Source of the DNA: Myxococcota bacterium
Lineage (GTDB): Bacteria; Myxococcota_A; Polyangia; Polyangiales; Sandaracinaceae
Reading direction: 5' to 3'
NCBI GenBank assembly: GCA_036149055.1
Contig: JAYZQJ010000069.1
Location: 64,001-128,000, forward strand
DNA length: 64,000 nucleotides
Positions 34,539 to 45,785 of this stretch are shown here, piece by piece (the stretch's first letter is position 1; each line of letters opens with the position of its first letter). The translations under genes were made by a program, and so were the position numbers. Below the pieces are notes generated by a model. The model searched no databases, was not told the origin of the DNA, and was given only the letters and a program-made list of their open reading frames with translations.

Positions 34539-35213
34539 ATGTCGTCCGACTCCGAGGCCGCCCCGATCCCGTGGTATCGCTGGCCCACCGCGCAGGTCCG
34601 GCGGCTCTACGACTGGACGATCGAGTGGTCCAAGAGCCGCTTCGCGGTCCCCGCCCTCTTCGTCCTCGCCTTCGTCGAGGCGAGCTTCTTCCCCATCCCG
34701 CCCGACGTGCTGCTCATGGCGATGTGCCTGAGCAAGCCCAAGCGCTCGTTCCTCTACGGCGCGGTCTGCAGCGTGGGCTCGGTCACCGGCGCGCTGCTCG
34801 GCTTCTGGATCGGCATGTCGCTCTGGTCGGCGCTCGGGACCTCGGCCGCCTGCCCCGACTTCGAGGGCGGCGCGCTGGTCTTCGACTACATGCCCGGCTT
34901 CACCTGCGAGCGCTTCGGCAAGGTGCAGGAGCTCTACCAGGACAACGCCTGGATGGCGCTCTTCACCGCGGCGTTCACGCCCATCCCGTTCAAGGTGTTC
35001 ACCGTGGCCGCCGGCGTGTTCGGGGTCGCGCTCAGCACCCTCATCGCCGCCAGCGCGGTCGGCCGCTCGGCGCGGTTCTTCCTGGTCAGCGCGCTCATCT
35101 ACTTCTTCGGTCCCCAGGTGCGCGTCTTCATCGAGAAGCGCTTCGAGCAGCTGACCCTGGTGTTCACCGTGATCCTGGTCGGCGGCTTCGTCCTGCTGAA
35201 GTATCTGCATTGA
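34539..35213 (+). CDS. DedA/YqaA family membrane protein
   Basis: AFVEASFFPIPPDVLL, FTPIPFKVFT, GRSARF. Confidence 0.93.
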   Translation: MSSDSEAAPIPWYRWPTAQVRRLYDWTIEWSKSRFAVPALFVLAFVEASFFPIPPDVLLMAMCLSKPKRSFLYGAVCSVGSVTGALLGFWIGMSLWSALGTSAACPDFEGGALVFDYMPGFTCERFGKVQELYQDNAWMALFTAAFTPIPFKVFTVAAGVFGVALSTLIAASAVGRSARFFLVSALIYFFGPQVRVFIEKRFEQLTLVFTVILVGGFVLLKYLH

Positions 35214-35270
35214 GCCCGACCGCGGGCGATTCTTGACAATGCCGATGCGCCTTCCCAGAGTCCGGGGAAG

Positions 35271-35729
35271 GTGAAGCTCTCGAACAAGGGGCGCTACGGT
35301 GTGAAGGCGATCTTCGACATCGCCTTTCACAACGACGGCAAGGCGACGCAGATCAAGGAGATCGCGGAGCGGCAGGCGATCCCGCCCCGCTTCCTCGAGC
35401 AGATCTTCCAGGATCTCAAGCGCGCCGGGCTCGTCCGCTCCAAGCGCGGCCCGCGCGGCGGCTACCAGCTCGCGGTGCCCGCCGCCGACATCCGCCTCGG
35501 CGACATCATCCGGGCGCTCGAGGGGCCCCTGACCCTCAACGCGCCCAAGAAGGGCGACGACGACGAGGGGGACGCCACCAGCCGCGCGGTCACCGAGGAG
35601 GCGTTCGAGGACCTCGCCGAGCAGATCGAGGCCTGCTTCGACTCCCGCACCATCGAAGACCTCTGCGAGCGCGGTGAGGCGCTCGGCTACCGCCGCGACA
35701 CCCCCGGCAAGTACGTCTACGTGATCTGA
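35271..35729 (+). CDS. Rrf2 family regulator (CymR-like)
   Basis: KGRYGV, FLEQIF, SKRGPRGGY; lacks IscR three-Cys motif. Confidence 0.92.
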   Translation: MKLSNKGRYGVKAIFDIAFHNDGKATQIKEIAERQAIPPRFLEQIFQDLKRAGLVRSKRGPRGGYQLAVPAADIRLGDIIRALEGPLTLNAPKKGDDDEGDATSRAVTEEAFEDLAEQIEACFDSRTIEDLCERGEALGYRRDTPGKYVYVI

Positions 35730-35754
35730 GCCGCGAGCTCGGAGGGAGATCCCC

Positions 35755-36662
<908 letters not shown>

Positions 36663-36666
<4 letters not shown>

Positions 36667-37370
36667 GCGACGCGCGCGTGCTCCTGGTCGGCGCCGGTGG
36701 CCTCGGCTCGCCGGCCGCCCTGGTGCTCGCCCGGAGCGGCGTGCGCCGCCTGACCGTGCTCGACGACGACGTGGTCGACGTCACGAACCTGCACCGCCAG
36801 GTGCTCTACGAGGACGCCGACGTCGGCCACCCCAAGGCGGAGCGCGCGGCCGCCCGCCTGGAGGCCGAGGGCGCGGTGCCCGAGGTCGTGCGAGGGCGCC
36901 TGCTCCCCGACACCGCCGAGGCGCTCTTCCGCGCGCACGACCTGGTGGTCGAGGGCGCCGACAACTTCGCCACCAAGTTCCTCGCCGCCGACGCGAGCGC
37001 GCTCACCGGCGTGCCGGTCGTGCAGGCGGGCGCGGTCCGCTGGAGCGGCTGGGCGCTCGCCACCCGACCCGGCGAGAGCGCGTGCCTGCGCTGCGTGTTC
37101 GAGGACATCCCCCGCGACCGGGTCGAGACCTGCGCCGAGGCGGGCGTGGTCGGGCCGGTCGTCGGCGTGCTCGGCGCGATCGAGGCCACCCTCGCCCTCC
37201 GGCTGCTCGGCGGCGACGCGAGCGCGGCGGGGGAGCTGTGGAGCTATCGCGGGCTCGAAGGGAGCCTGCGCGCGAGCCGCGTCCGACGGAGGCCGGGTTG
37301 TCCGGCCTGCGAGGGCGCCATCGAGGCGTTGACCTGGGAGCGCTATGCTCCGCCGGACTGCGCCGTCTGA
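36663..37370 (+). CDS. ThiF/MoeB-family E1 adenylyltransferase lacking the N-terminal RYxRQ helix
   Basis: Starts directly at ARVLLVGAGGLG; DDDVVDVTNLHRQ, CLRC, TCAEAG, CPAC. Confidence 0.9.
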
Positions 37371-37388
37371 GAGAAGACTGGAGACGTC

Positions 37389-37661
37389 ATGGCCATCACC
37401 GTTCGCATCCCCACCCCCCTCCGAAACCTCACCGGCGGGTCCGACGAGGTCAGCATCGACGGCGGCACCGTCGCCGAGGTGATCGACAACCTCGAGGCGG
37501 CCCACCCGGGCTTCAAGGAGCGCCTGCTCGACGACAAGGGCGTGCGCCGGCACGTGAACATCTTCGCCAACGACGAGGACATCCGCTTCCTCGACAACCT
37601 CGAGACGACGCTGAAGGACGGCGACTCGGTGCAGATCGTGCCCGCCATCGCCGGCGGCTGA
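37389..37661 (+). CDS. Ubiquitin-like sulfur carrier (MoaD/CysO family)
   Basis: VRIPTPLR, VNIFANDEDIRFL, C-terminal PAIAGG; GGAG RBS. Confidence 0.95.
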   Translation: MAITVRIPTPLRNLTGGSDEVSIDGGTVAEVIDNLEAAHPGFKERLLDDKGVRRHVNIFANDEDIRFLDNLETTLKDGDSVQIVPAIAGG

Positions 37662-37975
37662 TGCTCTCGCCCGAGGACAGGCGCCGCCACGCGCGCCAGC
37701 TGCTGCTCCCCGAGATCGGCGAGGCCGGCCAGCGCGCCCTGCTCGACGCGCGCGTGTCCGCCGGCTCCGACGTCGCCGCGCTCTACCTCGAGCGCGCGGG
37801 GCTGCAGGTGGCGCGCGGCGCAGAAACGCCCGCGGCGACCGCGACGCCCGAGCTGGCCGAGGCGGCGCGCTTCCTCGCCGGCGCGTTCGAGGCGGTGGAG
37901 ACGATCAAGCGCGTCGTCGGCGTCGGCCAGCCCGGTCGGCTCGACGTCTCGCTCCGGGGGCCGGGCGAGCGATGA
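37661..37975 (+). CDS. 104-aa degenerate mini-MoeB/ThiF protein
   Basis: TGATG and ATGA overlaps at both ends; RRHARQLLLPEIGEAGQRAL, ALYLERAG, AVETIKRVVG. Confidence 0.75.
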   Translation: MLSPEDRRRHARQLLLPEIGEAGQRALLDARVSAGSDVAALYLERAGLQVARGAETPAATATPELAEAARFLAGAFEAVETIKRVVGVGQPGRLDVSLRGPGER

Positions 37976-38898
37976 GGCACGGCGCGATCACGTCGATCGT
38001 CGACGCGGTGGGCCAGACGCCGCTCGTCCGTCTCCGCAACCTGGAGCGCGACTGCGAAGGGGACGTCGAGCTCTGGCTGAAGCTCGAGTACGCCAACCCC
38101 GGCGGCTCGGTGAAGGACCGGCCCGCGCTGCAGATGATCCGCGACGCCCTGGCCGACGGTCGCTTCTCGAAGGACCGCACGCTCATCGACGCGACGAGCG
38201 GCAACACCGGCGTCGCCTACTCGCTCTACGGCGCCGCGCTCGGCCTCCGGGTCGCGCTCGTGATGCCGTCGAACGTCTCCCAGGCCCGGAAAGAGATCAC
38301 CCAGGCCTACGGGACCGAGCTGATCTACAGCGACCCGATGGAGGGCTCGGACGGCGCGATCCGCCTGGTGCGGGAGATCGTGGGCGAGGAGCCCGACCGC
38401 TGGTTCTACCCGGACCAGTACAGCAATCCGTCCAACCCGAAGGCGCACTACCTCGGCACCGGCAGCGAGATCGTGGCCCAGGTCGGCGACCGGCTCACCC
38501 ACTTCGTCACCGGGCTCGGCACGACCGGCACCATGATGGGGACGACCCGGCGCCTGAAGGAGCACCGCGCCTCGATCCGCTGCGTCGCGCTCGAGCCGGA
38601 CGACGCGTTCCACGGGCTCGAGGGGCTCAAGCACCTGCCGAGCTCGATCGTGCCGAACATCTACGACGCCAGCGTGCCGGACGAGATCATGCCGGTCGCG
38701 ACCGACGCCGGCTGGGACATGGCCGACCGGGTGGCCCGCGAGGAGGGCCTGCACATCGGCCACTCGGCCGGCGCCAACGTCTGGGGCGCGCTCGAGGTCG
38801 CCAAGACGCTGAAGGAGGGCTGCGTGGTCACCATCGCCTGCGACCGGGGCGACCGGTACTTCGCGCCGATGAAGTGGGAGAAGAAGTATGTCTGGTGA
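37972..38898 (+). CDS. cysM: Cysteine synthase B / CysM-type PLP enzyme
   Basis: NPGGSVKDR, ATSGNTG, GLGTTGT, GLEGLKH; carrier and JAB context. Confidence 0.85.
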   Translation: MRHGAITSIVDAVGQTPLVRLRNLERDCEGDVELWLKLEYANPGGSVKDRPALQMIRDALADGRFSKDRTLIDATSGNTGVAYSLYGAALGLRVALVMPSNVSQARKEITQAYGTELIYSDPMEGSDGAIRLVREIVGEEPDRWFYPDQYSNPSNPKAHYLGTGSEIVAQVGDRLTHFVTGLGTTGTMMGTTRRLKEHRASIRCVALEPDDAFHGLEGLKHLPSSIVPNIYDASVPDEIMPVATDAGWDMADRVAREEGLHIGHSAGANVWGALEVAKTLKEGCVVTIACDRGDRYFAPMKWEKKYVW

Positions 38899-39388
38899 GC
38901 TGCCTCCGTGGACGCGCGGCGGGCTGTCCATCCCGCGGGCCCTGCTCGAGGCGATCGAGACCCACGCCGTGGAGGAGTACCCGAGCGAGGCCTGCGGCTT
39001 CGTGATCGGGCCGGCCGACGACGCGGCGAAGCTCGACGAGGCGGTGCGCGAGGTGAACGAGGCGGACAAGTACCACCGCCTCGACCCCGAGCGCTTCCCG
39101 CGGACGAGCCGCACCTACTTCAAGATCAACGAGCTGCGCGCGGCCCGCGCCTTCGAGGCGGGGGAGAAGAGCGGCCGCCCGATCAAGGTCATCTACCACT
39201 CGCACTGCGACGCCGGCGCCTACTTCAGCGAGGAGGACGCGGCGACCTTCTCGAACGAGGGCCAGCTGATGTGGCCGTGCGCGTTCCTGGTGGTCAGCGT
39301 GGTCGAGGGCGAGGTGCGAGACCGCAAGCTCTGGGTCCACGCGCCCGGCACCGACGACTTCACCGAGTCCCCCCTGACGATCTCATGA
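38888..39388 (+). CDS. JAB/MPN (Mec-like) metallopeptidase
   Basis: YPSEACG and YHSHCDAGAYFSEED (JAMM HxH..S..D). Confidence 0.92.
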   Translation: MSGELPPWTRGGLSIPRALLEAIETHAVEEYPSEACGFVIGPADDAAKLDEAVREVNEADKYHRLDPERFPRTSRTYFKINELRAARAFEAGEKSGRPIKVIYHSHCDAGAYFSEEDAATFSNEGQLMWPCAFLVVSVVEGEVRDRKLWVHAPGTDDFTESPLTIS

Positions 39389-39819
39389 GCGATCCCCGAA
39401 ACCCCTACCCCACGGTCGACGTGCTGATCGAGACCGAGGGCGGCCTGGTCTTCATCGAGCGCGCCAACGCGCCCGCCGGCTGGGCGCTCCCCGGCGGCTT
39501 CATCGACTACGGCGAGCGGCCCGAGGACGCCGCGGTCCGGGAGGCCAAGGAGGAGACGGGGCTCGACGTCGAGCTGCTCTCGCTGCTCGGCGTCTACGGC
39601 GCGCCCGATCGCGATCCCAGGCAGCACAACGTCTCGATCGTCTACGTCGGCCGCGCGACCGGCCGCCCCTCCGGCGGCGACGACGCGGCGAAGGCCGAGA
39701 TCTTCGCGCCCGACGCCCCGCCCTCCCCGCTCTGCTTCGACCACGCCCGCATCCTCGAGGACTACCGCCGCTTCCGGGAGACCGGCGCCATCCCCCCGCC
39801 GCGGCGGGGAGACGGGTGA
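39385..39819 (+). CDS. NUDIX hydrolase
   Basis: GGFIDYGERPEDAAVREAKEETG; RDPR. Confidence 0.93.
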   Translation: MSDPRNPYPTVDVLIETEGGLVFIERANAPAGWALPGGFIDYGERPEDAAVREAKEETGLDVELLSLLGVYGAPDRDPRQHNVSIVYVGRATGRPSGGDDAAKAEIFAPDAPPSPLCFDHARILEDYRRFRETGAIPPPRRGDG

Positions 39820-40361
39820 GAGCGGACCTCGAGGCGCGCGCCGCCGTGCTCGTGGCGGCCGCGCGCGACGCGATCGCGGCGGCGGTGGAGCCCCGCGCCC
39901 CGCGGATCGCGGCCGCCGAGCGCGACCCCGTGCTCCGCGCCGACGCGGCCACCTTCGTGACCCTGCGCCAGCCCGACGCGACCCTGCGCGGCTGCATCGG
40001 GGAGCTCGAGGCGCGCCGCGCCCTCATCGACTCGGTGCGCGGCAACGCCGTCGCCGCCGCCACCCGCGATCCTCGCTTCCCGCCGGTCACCGCCGACGAG
40101 GTCGCGCAGCTCCAGATCGGCATCAGCGTGCTCACCCCGCCCGCGCCGATCCGCCCCGAGCAGATCGAGGTCGGCCGCCACGGCCTGCTGGTCGAGCGCG
40201 CACCGCACCGCGGCGTGCTCCTCCCCGAGGTCGCGGTGGATCAGGGATGGGACGCGGAGACGTTCCTCTCGATGACCTGCCGCAAGGCCGGCCTCGAGCT
40301 GGAGGCCTGGGGAGACCCCGAGACCCGCGTCCTCGCCTTCGAGACGATCAAGCTGCCTTGA
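39816..40361 (+). CDS. AMMECR1 domain protein
   Basis: FVTL..LRGCIG, DPRF, GVLLPEV, KAG. Confidence 0.93.
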   Translation: MRADLEARAAVLVAAARDAIAAAVEPRAPRIAAAERDPVLRADAATFVTLRQPDATLRGCIGELEARRALIDSVRGNAVAAATRDPRFPPVTADEVAQLQIGISVLTPPAPIRPEQIEVGRHGLLVERAPHRGVLLPEVAVDQGWDAETFLSMTCRKAGLELEAWGDPETRVLAFETIKLP

Positions 40362-40479
40362 TCTCGGCGCGGAAACGCGAGCAGCGGAGTCAGCCGATCA
40401 CTCGACTGCTCCGCAGCTCGGAGCCACCATGCTCATCGAAGAGGGGGCTCATCGCTGCCGCCACGAGGGCGGCAGAGGG

Positions 40480-40932
40480 CTACTCGTCGGCGCCGCCGGC
40501 GGTCGCCGCGACGGGCGGCTCCTCGGGAGCCACGGGCGCCTGGATGGGCAGCTCGTTGATGCCCTTGATGTCGCCGGAGAGCTTCTGGCTCTGGCGGAGG
40601 CGCGCCTTCTTCCCGCGGAGCTTGCGGAGGTAGTAGAGCTTCGCGCGGCGGACGTGACCGCGGCTCACCACGTCGAGCTTGTCGATCTTCGGCGAGTGCA
40701 CCGGGAAGATGCGCTCGACGCCGACCCCGTAGCTGACCTTGCGCACGGTGAACGTCTCGCGGTTCGCGCCGCCCTTGCGGCGGATCACGACGCCCTTGAA
40801 GACCTGGATGCGCTCCTTCTCGCCTTCCTTGATGCGATAGTGCACCTCGACCTGGTCGCCGGGGCGGAAGGCGGGGAGCTGGCGCTGCTGGGCGGCCTCG
40901 ATGGCCTGAATCTCGGGGACGACGCCTGACAT
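40480..40932 (-). CDS. rplS: 50S ribosomal protein L19
   Basis: [30 protein letters not shown]. Confidence 0.98.
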   Translation of the reverse strand: MSGVVPEIQAIEAAQQRQLPAFRPGDQVEVHYRIKEGEKERIQVFKGVVIRRKGGANRETFTVRKVSYGVGVERIFPVHSPKIDKLDVVSRGHVRRAKLYYLRKLRGKKARLRQSQKLSGDIKGINELPIQAPVAPEEPPVAATAGGADE

Positions 40933-41039
40933 GGCTGCAAAACCTCGTATCTCGGGCTCGGGGCCCTACCGTTGCTCGCGCGTGGGGCGAATGCCACCCG
41001 ACGCGGGGTCGCAGCGTTTAACACGACGTCCGGGCAGGG

Positions 41040-41615
41040 TCAATCGGACCCGCCCGGATTCGCGCCCCGCTCGCCGAACAGGCGGTCGAGCGTGATGGCC
41101 ACCGCGGCCCGCACCGAGAGGTGATTGTAGGCGCCAGCCCCGCGGATCGGGGCGATCACGCCGGTCGCCGCCTCCACCAGGGACGGCGCGAGCCCGTGCC
41201 CGGTGCCGAACAGCACCAGCGAGGGACACCCGCGCATGCGCGCGCCGGCGATCGCCGCGTCGGTCAGCCCCTCGGTCGCCCGAGCGCTCGTGATCCAGAT
41301 CTCCGGCGCCTCGCCCTCGCGGGAGGCGATCTCCCGGGCGGCGTCCTCCACCGAGTCGACCACCTCGCAGAGCGCCAGCGCGGCGCTGCGCTCGGGCACC
41401 CGGGCCGCTCCGGCCCCGTCGCGCCAGTGACCGAGGATGCGCTCGACGAGGGTGCGCTGGGCCTCGATCGGCGTGACCACGAAGTAGCCGGACAGATCGT
41501 AGGTCCGCGCGCTCCGGGCGATGTCGTGCACGTCGAGGTTGGTCACCGCGGTGGTGATCACGTCGCCCGCCCGATCGAGCACCGGGTGGTGCACCAGCGC
41601 GAGATAGACGCTCAC
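41040..41615 (-). CDS. SPOUT-family RNA methyltransferase (trmD-associated)
   Basis: [38 protein letters not shown]. Confidence 0.88.
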   Translation of the reverse strand: MSVYLALVHHPVLDRAGDVITTAVTNLDVHDIARSARTYDLSGYFVVTPIEAQRTLVERILGHWRDGAGAARVPERSAALALCEVVDSVEDAAREIASREGEAPEIWITSARATEGLTDAAIAGARMRGCPSLVLFGTGHGLAPSLVEAATGVIAPIRGAGAYNHLSVRAAVAITLDRLFGERGANPGGSD

Positions 41616-42349
41616 GACTCGCGCTCGTCCCGCCAGGCGCGCTCTTCGTCGCTCAGCTCGCGGCCCTCGAGCAGATCGGGCCGGCGCTGCAGAGTGCGCT
41701 CGAAGGCCTGACGGCGACGCCAGGCGGCGATCTTCGCGTGGTTGCCGCTGAGGAGGATCTTCGGCACGCCCTCGCCTCGGAACTCGGCCGGGCGGGTGTA
41801 CTGCGGGTACTCGAGCAGCCCGCGGGCGTGGGACTCGTCTTCGATGGACTCCGGGTTGCCGAGCACCCCGGGAGCGAGCCGCGCCGTCGCCTCGATCACC
41901 GCCAGCGCCGCGATCTCCCCGCCCATCAGCACGAAGTCGCCGAGGCTCAGCTCCTGGTCGACCCGGCGCCGCGCCCGCTCGTCGACGCCCTCGTAGCGGC
42001 CGCACACGAGGGTGAGCGCGCCGCGCCCGGCGAGCTCGCGAGCGTGCGACTGCCGGAAGGGCTCGCCCTGGGGCGTCAGGAGCACGCGCCAGGGGCGCTC
42101 TCCGCCGCGCTCGAGCTCCCGGGCCTCCGCCCGCTCCATCGCCTCCACCACCGGGCCCGGCATCATCACCATGCCGCTACCGCCCCCGTAGGGAGTATCG
42201 TCGATGGAACGGTGGCGGTCGGTCGCGAACTCGCGGGGGCTCACCGTCTCGACGGTGACACGACCGCTCTCCTGCGCCTTGCCGAGGAGCGCCTGGCCGC
42301 AGAAGTCCCGCACCAGCTCCTCGAAGACGGTGACGACGTAGTACCTCAC
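41612..42349 (-). CDS. trmD: tRNA (guanine37-N1)-methyltransferase
   Basis: [38 protein letters not shown]. Confidence 0.97.
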   Translation of the reverse strand: MRYYVVTVFEELVRDFCGQALLGKAQESGRVTVETVSPREFATDRHRSIDDTPYGGGSGMVMMPGPVVEAMERAEARELERGGERPWRVLLTPQGEPFRQSHARELAGRGALTLVCGRYEGVDERARRRVDQELSLGDFVLMGGEIAALAVIEATARLAPGVLGNPESIEDESHARGLLEYPQYTRPAEFRGEGVPKILLSGNHAKIAAWRRRQAFERTLQRRPDLLEGRELSDEERAWRDERES

Positions 42350-42873
42350 CGCTTCCTCCGGAGCTCGAAGTCCTCGTGGTGCCGGACCGTGAGCACGCCC
42401 TCGTCGAGATCGACGTCGATCACGTAGGGCTCGAGGATCGGGATCTCGCGCACGCCGTCCTCGCCTTCGACCAGCAGGCAGTCGACGCTGGGATAGCGGA
42501 TCACCTCGGCGACCACGCCGAGCGCGGCGCCGTCCTCGGCCCGCACGCGCAGGCCCTCGAGGTCGATGTGGTAGAGCTCGTCCTCGTCGGGCGGCGGCAG
42601 ATCGTCGCGCGGGACACACACCTCGAGGCCGCGGAGCGCCTCGGCGGCCTCGCGACCCACGACGCCCTCGAACACGTAGAGCACCAGCTCCCCGTGCGGA
42701 CGCGAGCGCTCGACGCGCATCTCGCGCAGCAGCCCGTCGGGCCCCCGCAGCCACACCTTCTCGCGATCGAGGAGGAGCGGGGAGTCCGGGTTGAAGCGGT
42801 GCACGCGCACCTCTCCCCGGACCCCGTGGGGGCGGGTCACCGCGCCGAGCGCGACCATGGCCGGCTCGGCCAT
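42346..42873 (-). CDS. rimM: Ribosome maturation factor RimM
   Basis: [24 protein letters not shown]; operon context. Confidence 0.93.
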   Translation of the reverse strand: MAEPAMVALGAVTRPHGVRGEVRVHRFNPDSPLLLDREKVWLRGPDGLLREMRVERSRPHGELVLYVFEGVVGREAAEALRGLEVCVPRDDLPPPDEDELYHIDLEGLRVRAEDGAALGVVAEVIRYPSVDCLLVEGEDGVREIPILEPYVIDVDLDEGVLTVRHHEDFELRRKR

Positions 42874-42877
42874 GGGG

Positions 42878-43117
42878 CTACTCGAGGATGTCGAGCACGG
42901 CCCGGCGGCGCTGGCGCGCGGACGTCGCCGCGAGCAGGGTGCGCATGGCCCGGGCGGTGCGGCCATCCTTGCCGATGACCTTGCCGAGATCGTTCTGCGC
43001 GACGCTGAGCTCCACGATCAGCGCGCGATCGCCCTCGACCGCATCGACCTGCACCTCGTCGGGCTCGTCGACGAGGGCGCGGGCGATGTAGTCGATCAGC
43101 TCGGTGAGCTGGTCCAC
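42878..43117 (-). CDS. khpA: KH-domain RNA-binding protein KhpA
   Basis: DLGKVIGKDGRTARAMRT. Confidence 0.93.
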   Translation of the reverse strand: MDQLTELIDYIARALVDEPDEVQVDAVEGDRALIVELSVAQNDLGKVIGKDGRTARAMRTLLAATSARQRRRAVLDILE

Positions 43118-43128
43118 GTCGTCGCCGC

Positions 43129-43443
43129 TCAGGCGCCCGCCTCGGCCGACTCTTCGGCCTTGGGCTCCGCGGCGGGAGCGACGGCGGCCTCGGGGGCGGC
43201 CGCGCCGAGACGGCGGCAGGTGTTGATCAGGTTGCGGACCCGATCGCTGGGCTGCGCGCCCACGCCGATCCAGTGGTCCACGCGCTCGAGGTCGAGGCGG
43301 ATGTCCTCGTCCGGGCGCGACGGATCGTAGGTCCCGACCTGCTCGAGGAACCGCCCATCGCGGGGGCTCTCGGAGTCGGTGACGACGATGTGGTAGTAGG
43401 GACGCTTCTTGGCGCCATGACGCGCCAGTCGAATCTTGACCAT
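43129..43443 (-). CDS. rpsP: 30S ribosomal protein S16
   Basis: [28 protein letters not shown]. Confidence 0.98.
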   Translation of the reverse strand: MVKIRLARHGAKKRPYYHIVVTDSESPRDGRFLEQVGTYDPSRPDEDIRLDLERVDHWIGVGAQPSDRVRNLINTCRRLGAAAPEAAVAPAAEPKAEESAEAGA

Positions 43444-43600
43444 CTCGAAAAGCCTTTTTGCTCTCAGCCCGCGCGCCTCCCGGCTGCGGGACGGCGGAAG
43501 CTAGCGGCAGAGGTGGGGGGCGTCAAGCGAACACGTGGCGCGGGCGAAACGGGCGCGTCGGCGATGGTGCGAGCGCGCGCGGATTGCTAGATCGGGGGCC

Positions 43601-45289
43601 GTGAAGCGCCCGAAGCGACGACTCGGTTTCGCCCCGCTCGGCGTGGCGGCCCTGGTGCTGCTCACCGGCTCGGGCGGGTCCTGCTCGGAGGAGCAGCGCG
43701 AGCCCACCACGCCGGCCCCTCCCCCGCTCGCCGAGGCGGAGCTCCCGCCGGCCGACGTGCGTCTGCTCGTGATCACCGATCTCGACGGCTACCTCGAGCC
43801 CTGCGGCTGCACCAGCCGGCCGCTCGGGGGGATCGATCGCATGAGCGCGCGGGTCCGCAGCCTCTCCGGCGAGGGCCCGCCGAGCGCGCTGGTCGCCGCC
43901 GGGAACCTCTACTTCCACGGCGCCCCGCACGGAGCCGACGCCGAGCGAGCCGCCGTTCAGGAGCGGATGCGGGCCGAGACCCTCAACACGATCCTGGAGC
44001 GGGTGGACCTGACCGCGGCCGCGCCGGGCCCGCTCGACTTCGGCTACGGGACCGACACGTTCCGCGCGCTCGCGGGCGAGGCGGGCTTCCCGTTGCTCGC
44101 GGCCGGCGTGACCCTGGCGACGCCGGCGGCGGAAGGTGAGGAGGACGCGGCGCCGAGCCCGGTGCTCACCGCGACCACGCTGCGCCGGATCGGATCGCGC
44201 CAGGTCGGCTTCGTCGGGCTGAGTCAGCTCGAGTCGGCCGACGGGAGCCTGCCCGACGCGGTCCAGATCGACGCGGCGCTCCGGGAGGCGGGGCGCGCGG
44301 CGGTGGCCGAGCTCCGGGAGCGGGGCGCCGAGCTCGTGGTCGCGCTCGTGACCGCCGATCGACGCGGGGCGCGCCAGGTCGCCACCGGGGTGGACGGGGT
44401 CGACGTGGTGGTGCACGGCGGGGTCGACGAGGCGAGCGTCTCGCCGCCCAGCACGCCCGGCGGGGCCATCCTGGTGAACGCGGGCCGGCAGGGGCAGGGG
44501 CTGGTGGTGCTCGATCTGCGGCTCGGCGAGGGCGACGGCTGGACCGACGCGAGCGTGTGGACCCGCCGGGAGCGGCGCGATCACCTGCAGGGGCGGATCG
44601 AGTCGCTCGAGGCGCGCATCGCCGAGTGGGAGGGCGACGACGACGTCGCCGAGGCCGACGTGGCGAGGCAGCGGCGGCGCCTCGAGGAGATGCGGGCCGA
44701 GCTGCGGAGCCTGAGCGCGGCGCCGACCGCCGAGGGCAAGGTCTTCACCGCGCGCTACGAGGAGCTGCCGCCCGAGGCCGCGCGCGACCCCGCCATCACC
44801 CGGATCATGGGTGAGCACGACCGGCGGGTGAACGATCGGAACCGCGAGCTGTTCGCCGACTGGACCCCGGAGCCCGCGCCCGAGGGCGAGCCGCACTACC
44901 TCGGCTCGCAGGCCTGCGCGTCCTGTCATGGCGCCGCGGTGCGCTGGTGGCGCGGCCACGCGCACGGCCGGGCGTACGCCACCCTCGAGGACCGCCACAA
45001 GAACTTCAACCTCAGCTGCGTCGGCTGCCACGTCACCGGCTACCTCCGCCCGGGCGGATCGACGGTGACCCACGTCGACCGCCTCCAGGACGTGGGCTGC
45101 GAGGTCTGCCACGGCCCCGGAAGCCAGCACGTCCAGAACCCCACCGGCGCGACCGTGAACGTCGCCCGCGAAGTCCCCGAGAGCCTCTGCGTCCGCTGCC
45201 ACAACGAAGAGCACAGCGACCAGTTCGTCTACGAGTCCTACCGCCAGTCCCTCCTGGTCCCCGGCCACGGACGCCCGTCCGGAGGCTAG
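43601..45289 (+). CDS. UshA/5'-nucleotidase-like domain fused to tetraheme cytochrome c
   Basis: GYLEPCGC, GGIDR, AAGN; CASCH, CVGCH, CEVCH, CVRCH; N-terminal signal. Confidence 0.85.
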   Translation: MKRPKRRLGFAPLGVAALVLLTGSGGSCSEEQREPTTPAPPPLAEAELPPADVRLLVITDLDGYLEPCGCTSRPLGGIDRMSARVRSLSGEGPPSALVAAGNLYFHGAPHGADAERAAVQERMRAETLNTILERVDLTAAAPGPLDFGYGTDTFRALAGEAGFPLLAAGVTLATPAAEGEEDAAPSPVLTATTLRRIGSRQVGFVGLSQLESADGSLPDAVQIDAALREAGRAAVAELRERGAELVVALVTADRRGARQVATGVDGVDVVVHGGVDEASVSPPSTPGGAILVNAGRQGQGLVVLDLRLGEGDGWTDASVWTRRERRDHLQGRIESLEARIAEWEGDDDVAEADVARQRRRLEEMRAELRSLSAAPTAEGKVFTARYEELPPEAARDPAITRIMGEHDRRVNDRNRELFADWTPEPAPEGEPHYLGSQACASCHGAAVRWWRGHAHGRAYATLEDRHKNFNLSCVGCHVTGYLRPGGSTVTHVDRLQDVGCEVCHGPGSQHVQNPTGATVNVAREVPESLCVRCHNEEHSDQFVYESYRQSLLVPGHGRPSGG

Positions 45290-45295
45290 GGGATA

Positions 45296-45393
45296 GGGGA
45301 CGGAGTGAACTTGTTAACCTACGTAGGCAGCAAGCCTACACCAGGCGGTGTCGAGCGAAGACCTACCTAAGTACACTAGTGAACTCCGTCCCC
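45296..45393. repeat. 98-bp element with terminal inverted repeats (REP/MITE-like)
   Basis: GGGGACGGAGT ... ACTCCGTCCCC perfect 11 bp, imperfect to about 26 bp; AT-richer interior. Confidence 0.65.
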
Positions 45394-45396
45394 GGG

Positions 45397-45762
45397 TCAC
45401 TCTTCGAGGACCTCGACGCGGACGTCGACGACGCCTTCGCGGATCATGTCGAGGCGCTCGGCGGCGGCGCGGCTGAGGTCGATGATGCGGCGGCGGTCGC
45501 CGAAGGGGCCGCGGTCGTTGACCCTCACGACGACGCTGGCGCCGGTGTCGACCCGGGTGACGCGGACGCGGGTGTCGAAGGGGAGGTCCCGGCTCGCCGC
45601 GGTCAGGCGCTCGGGGTCGTAGGGCTCGCCGCTCGCGGTGGAGCGACCGGCCAGTCGGTCCGAGTAGTAGCTCGCCCGCCCCGCGCGGCTCTCGAGCGCG
45701 GAGGCGCCGCAGGCGCTGGCGGTGACCACGGAGGCGAGCAGCACGGCGGAGATCCGGGGCAT
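45397..45762 (-). CDS. rlpA: RlpA-like DPBB lipoprotein
   Basis: GRASYY, TASGE, LTAA, VRVNDRGPF, IIDLS. Confidence 0.9.
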   Translation of the reverse strand: MPRISAVLLASVVTASACGASALESRAGRASYYSDRLAGRSTASGEPYDPERLTAASRDLPFDTRVRVTRVDTGASVVVRVNDRGPFGDRRRIIDLSRAAAERLDMIREGVVDVRVEVLEE

Positions 45763-45785
45763 CTCGCCCAGGATATCAGCGCAGC

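Noticed and set aside
37661..37975. Mini-MoeB as a simple pseudogene or frameshifted piece of the upstream E1
   Set aside because: It lies downstream of the E1, is separated from it by the Ubl gene, is an intact ORF coupled at both ends, and keeps specific motifs. Not fully excluded without comparative data.
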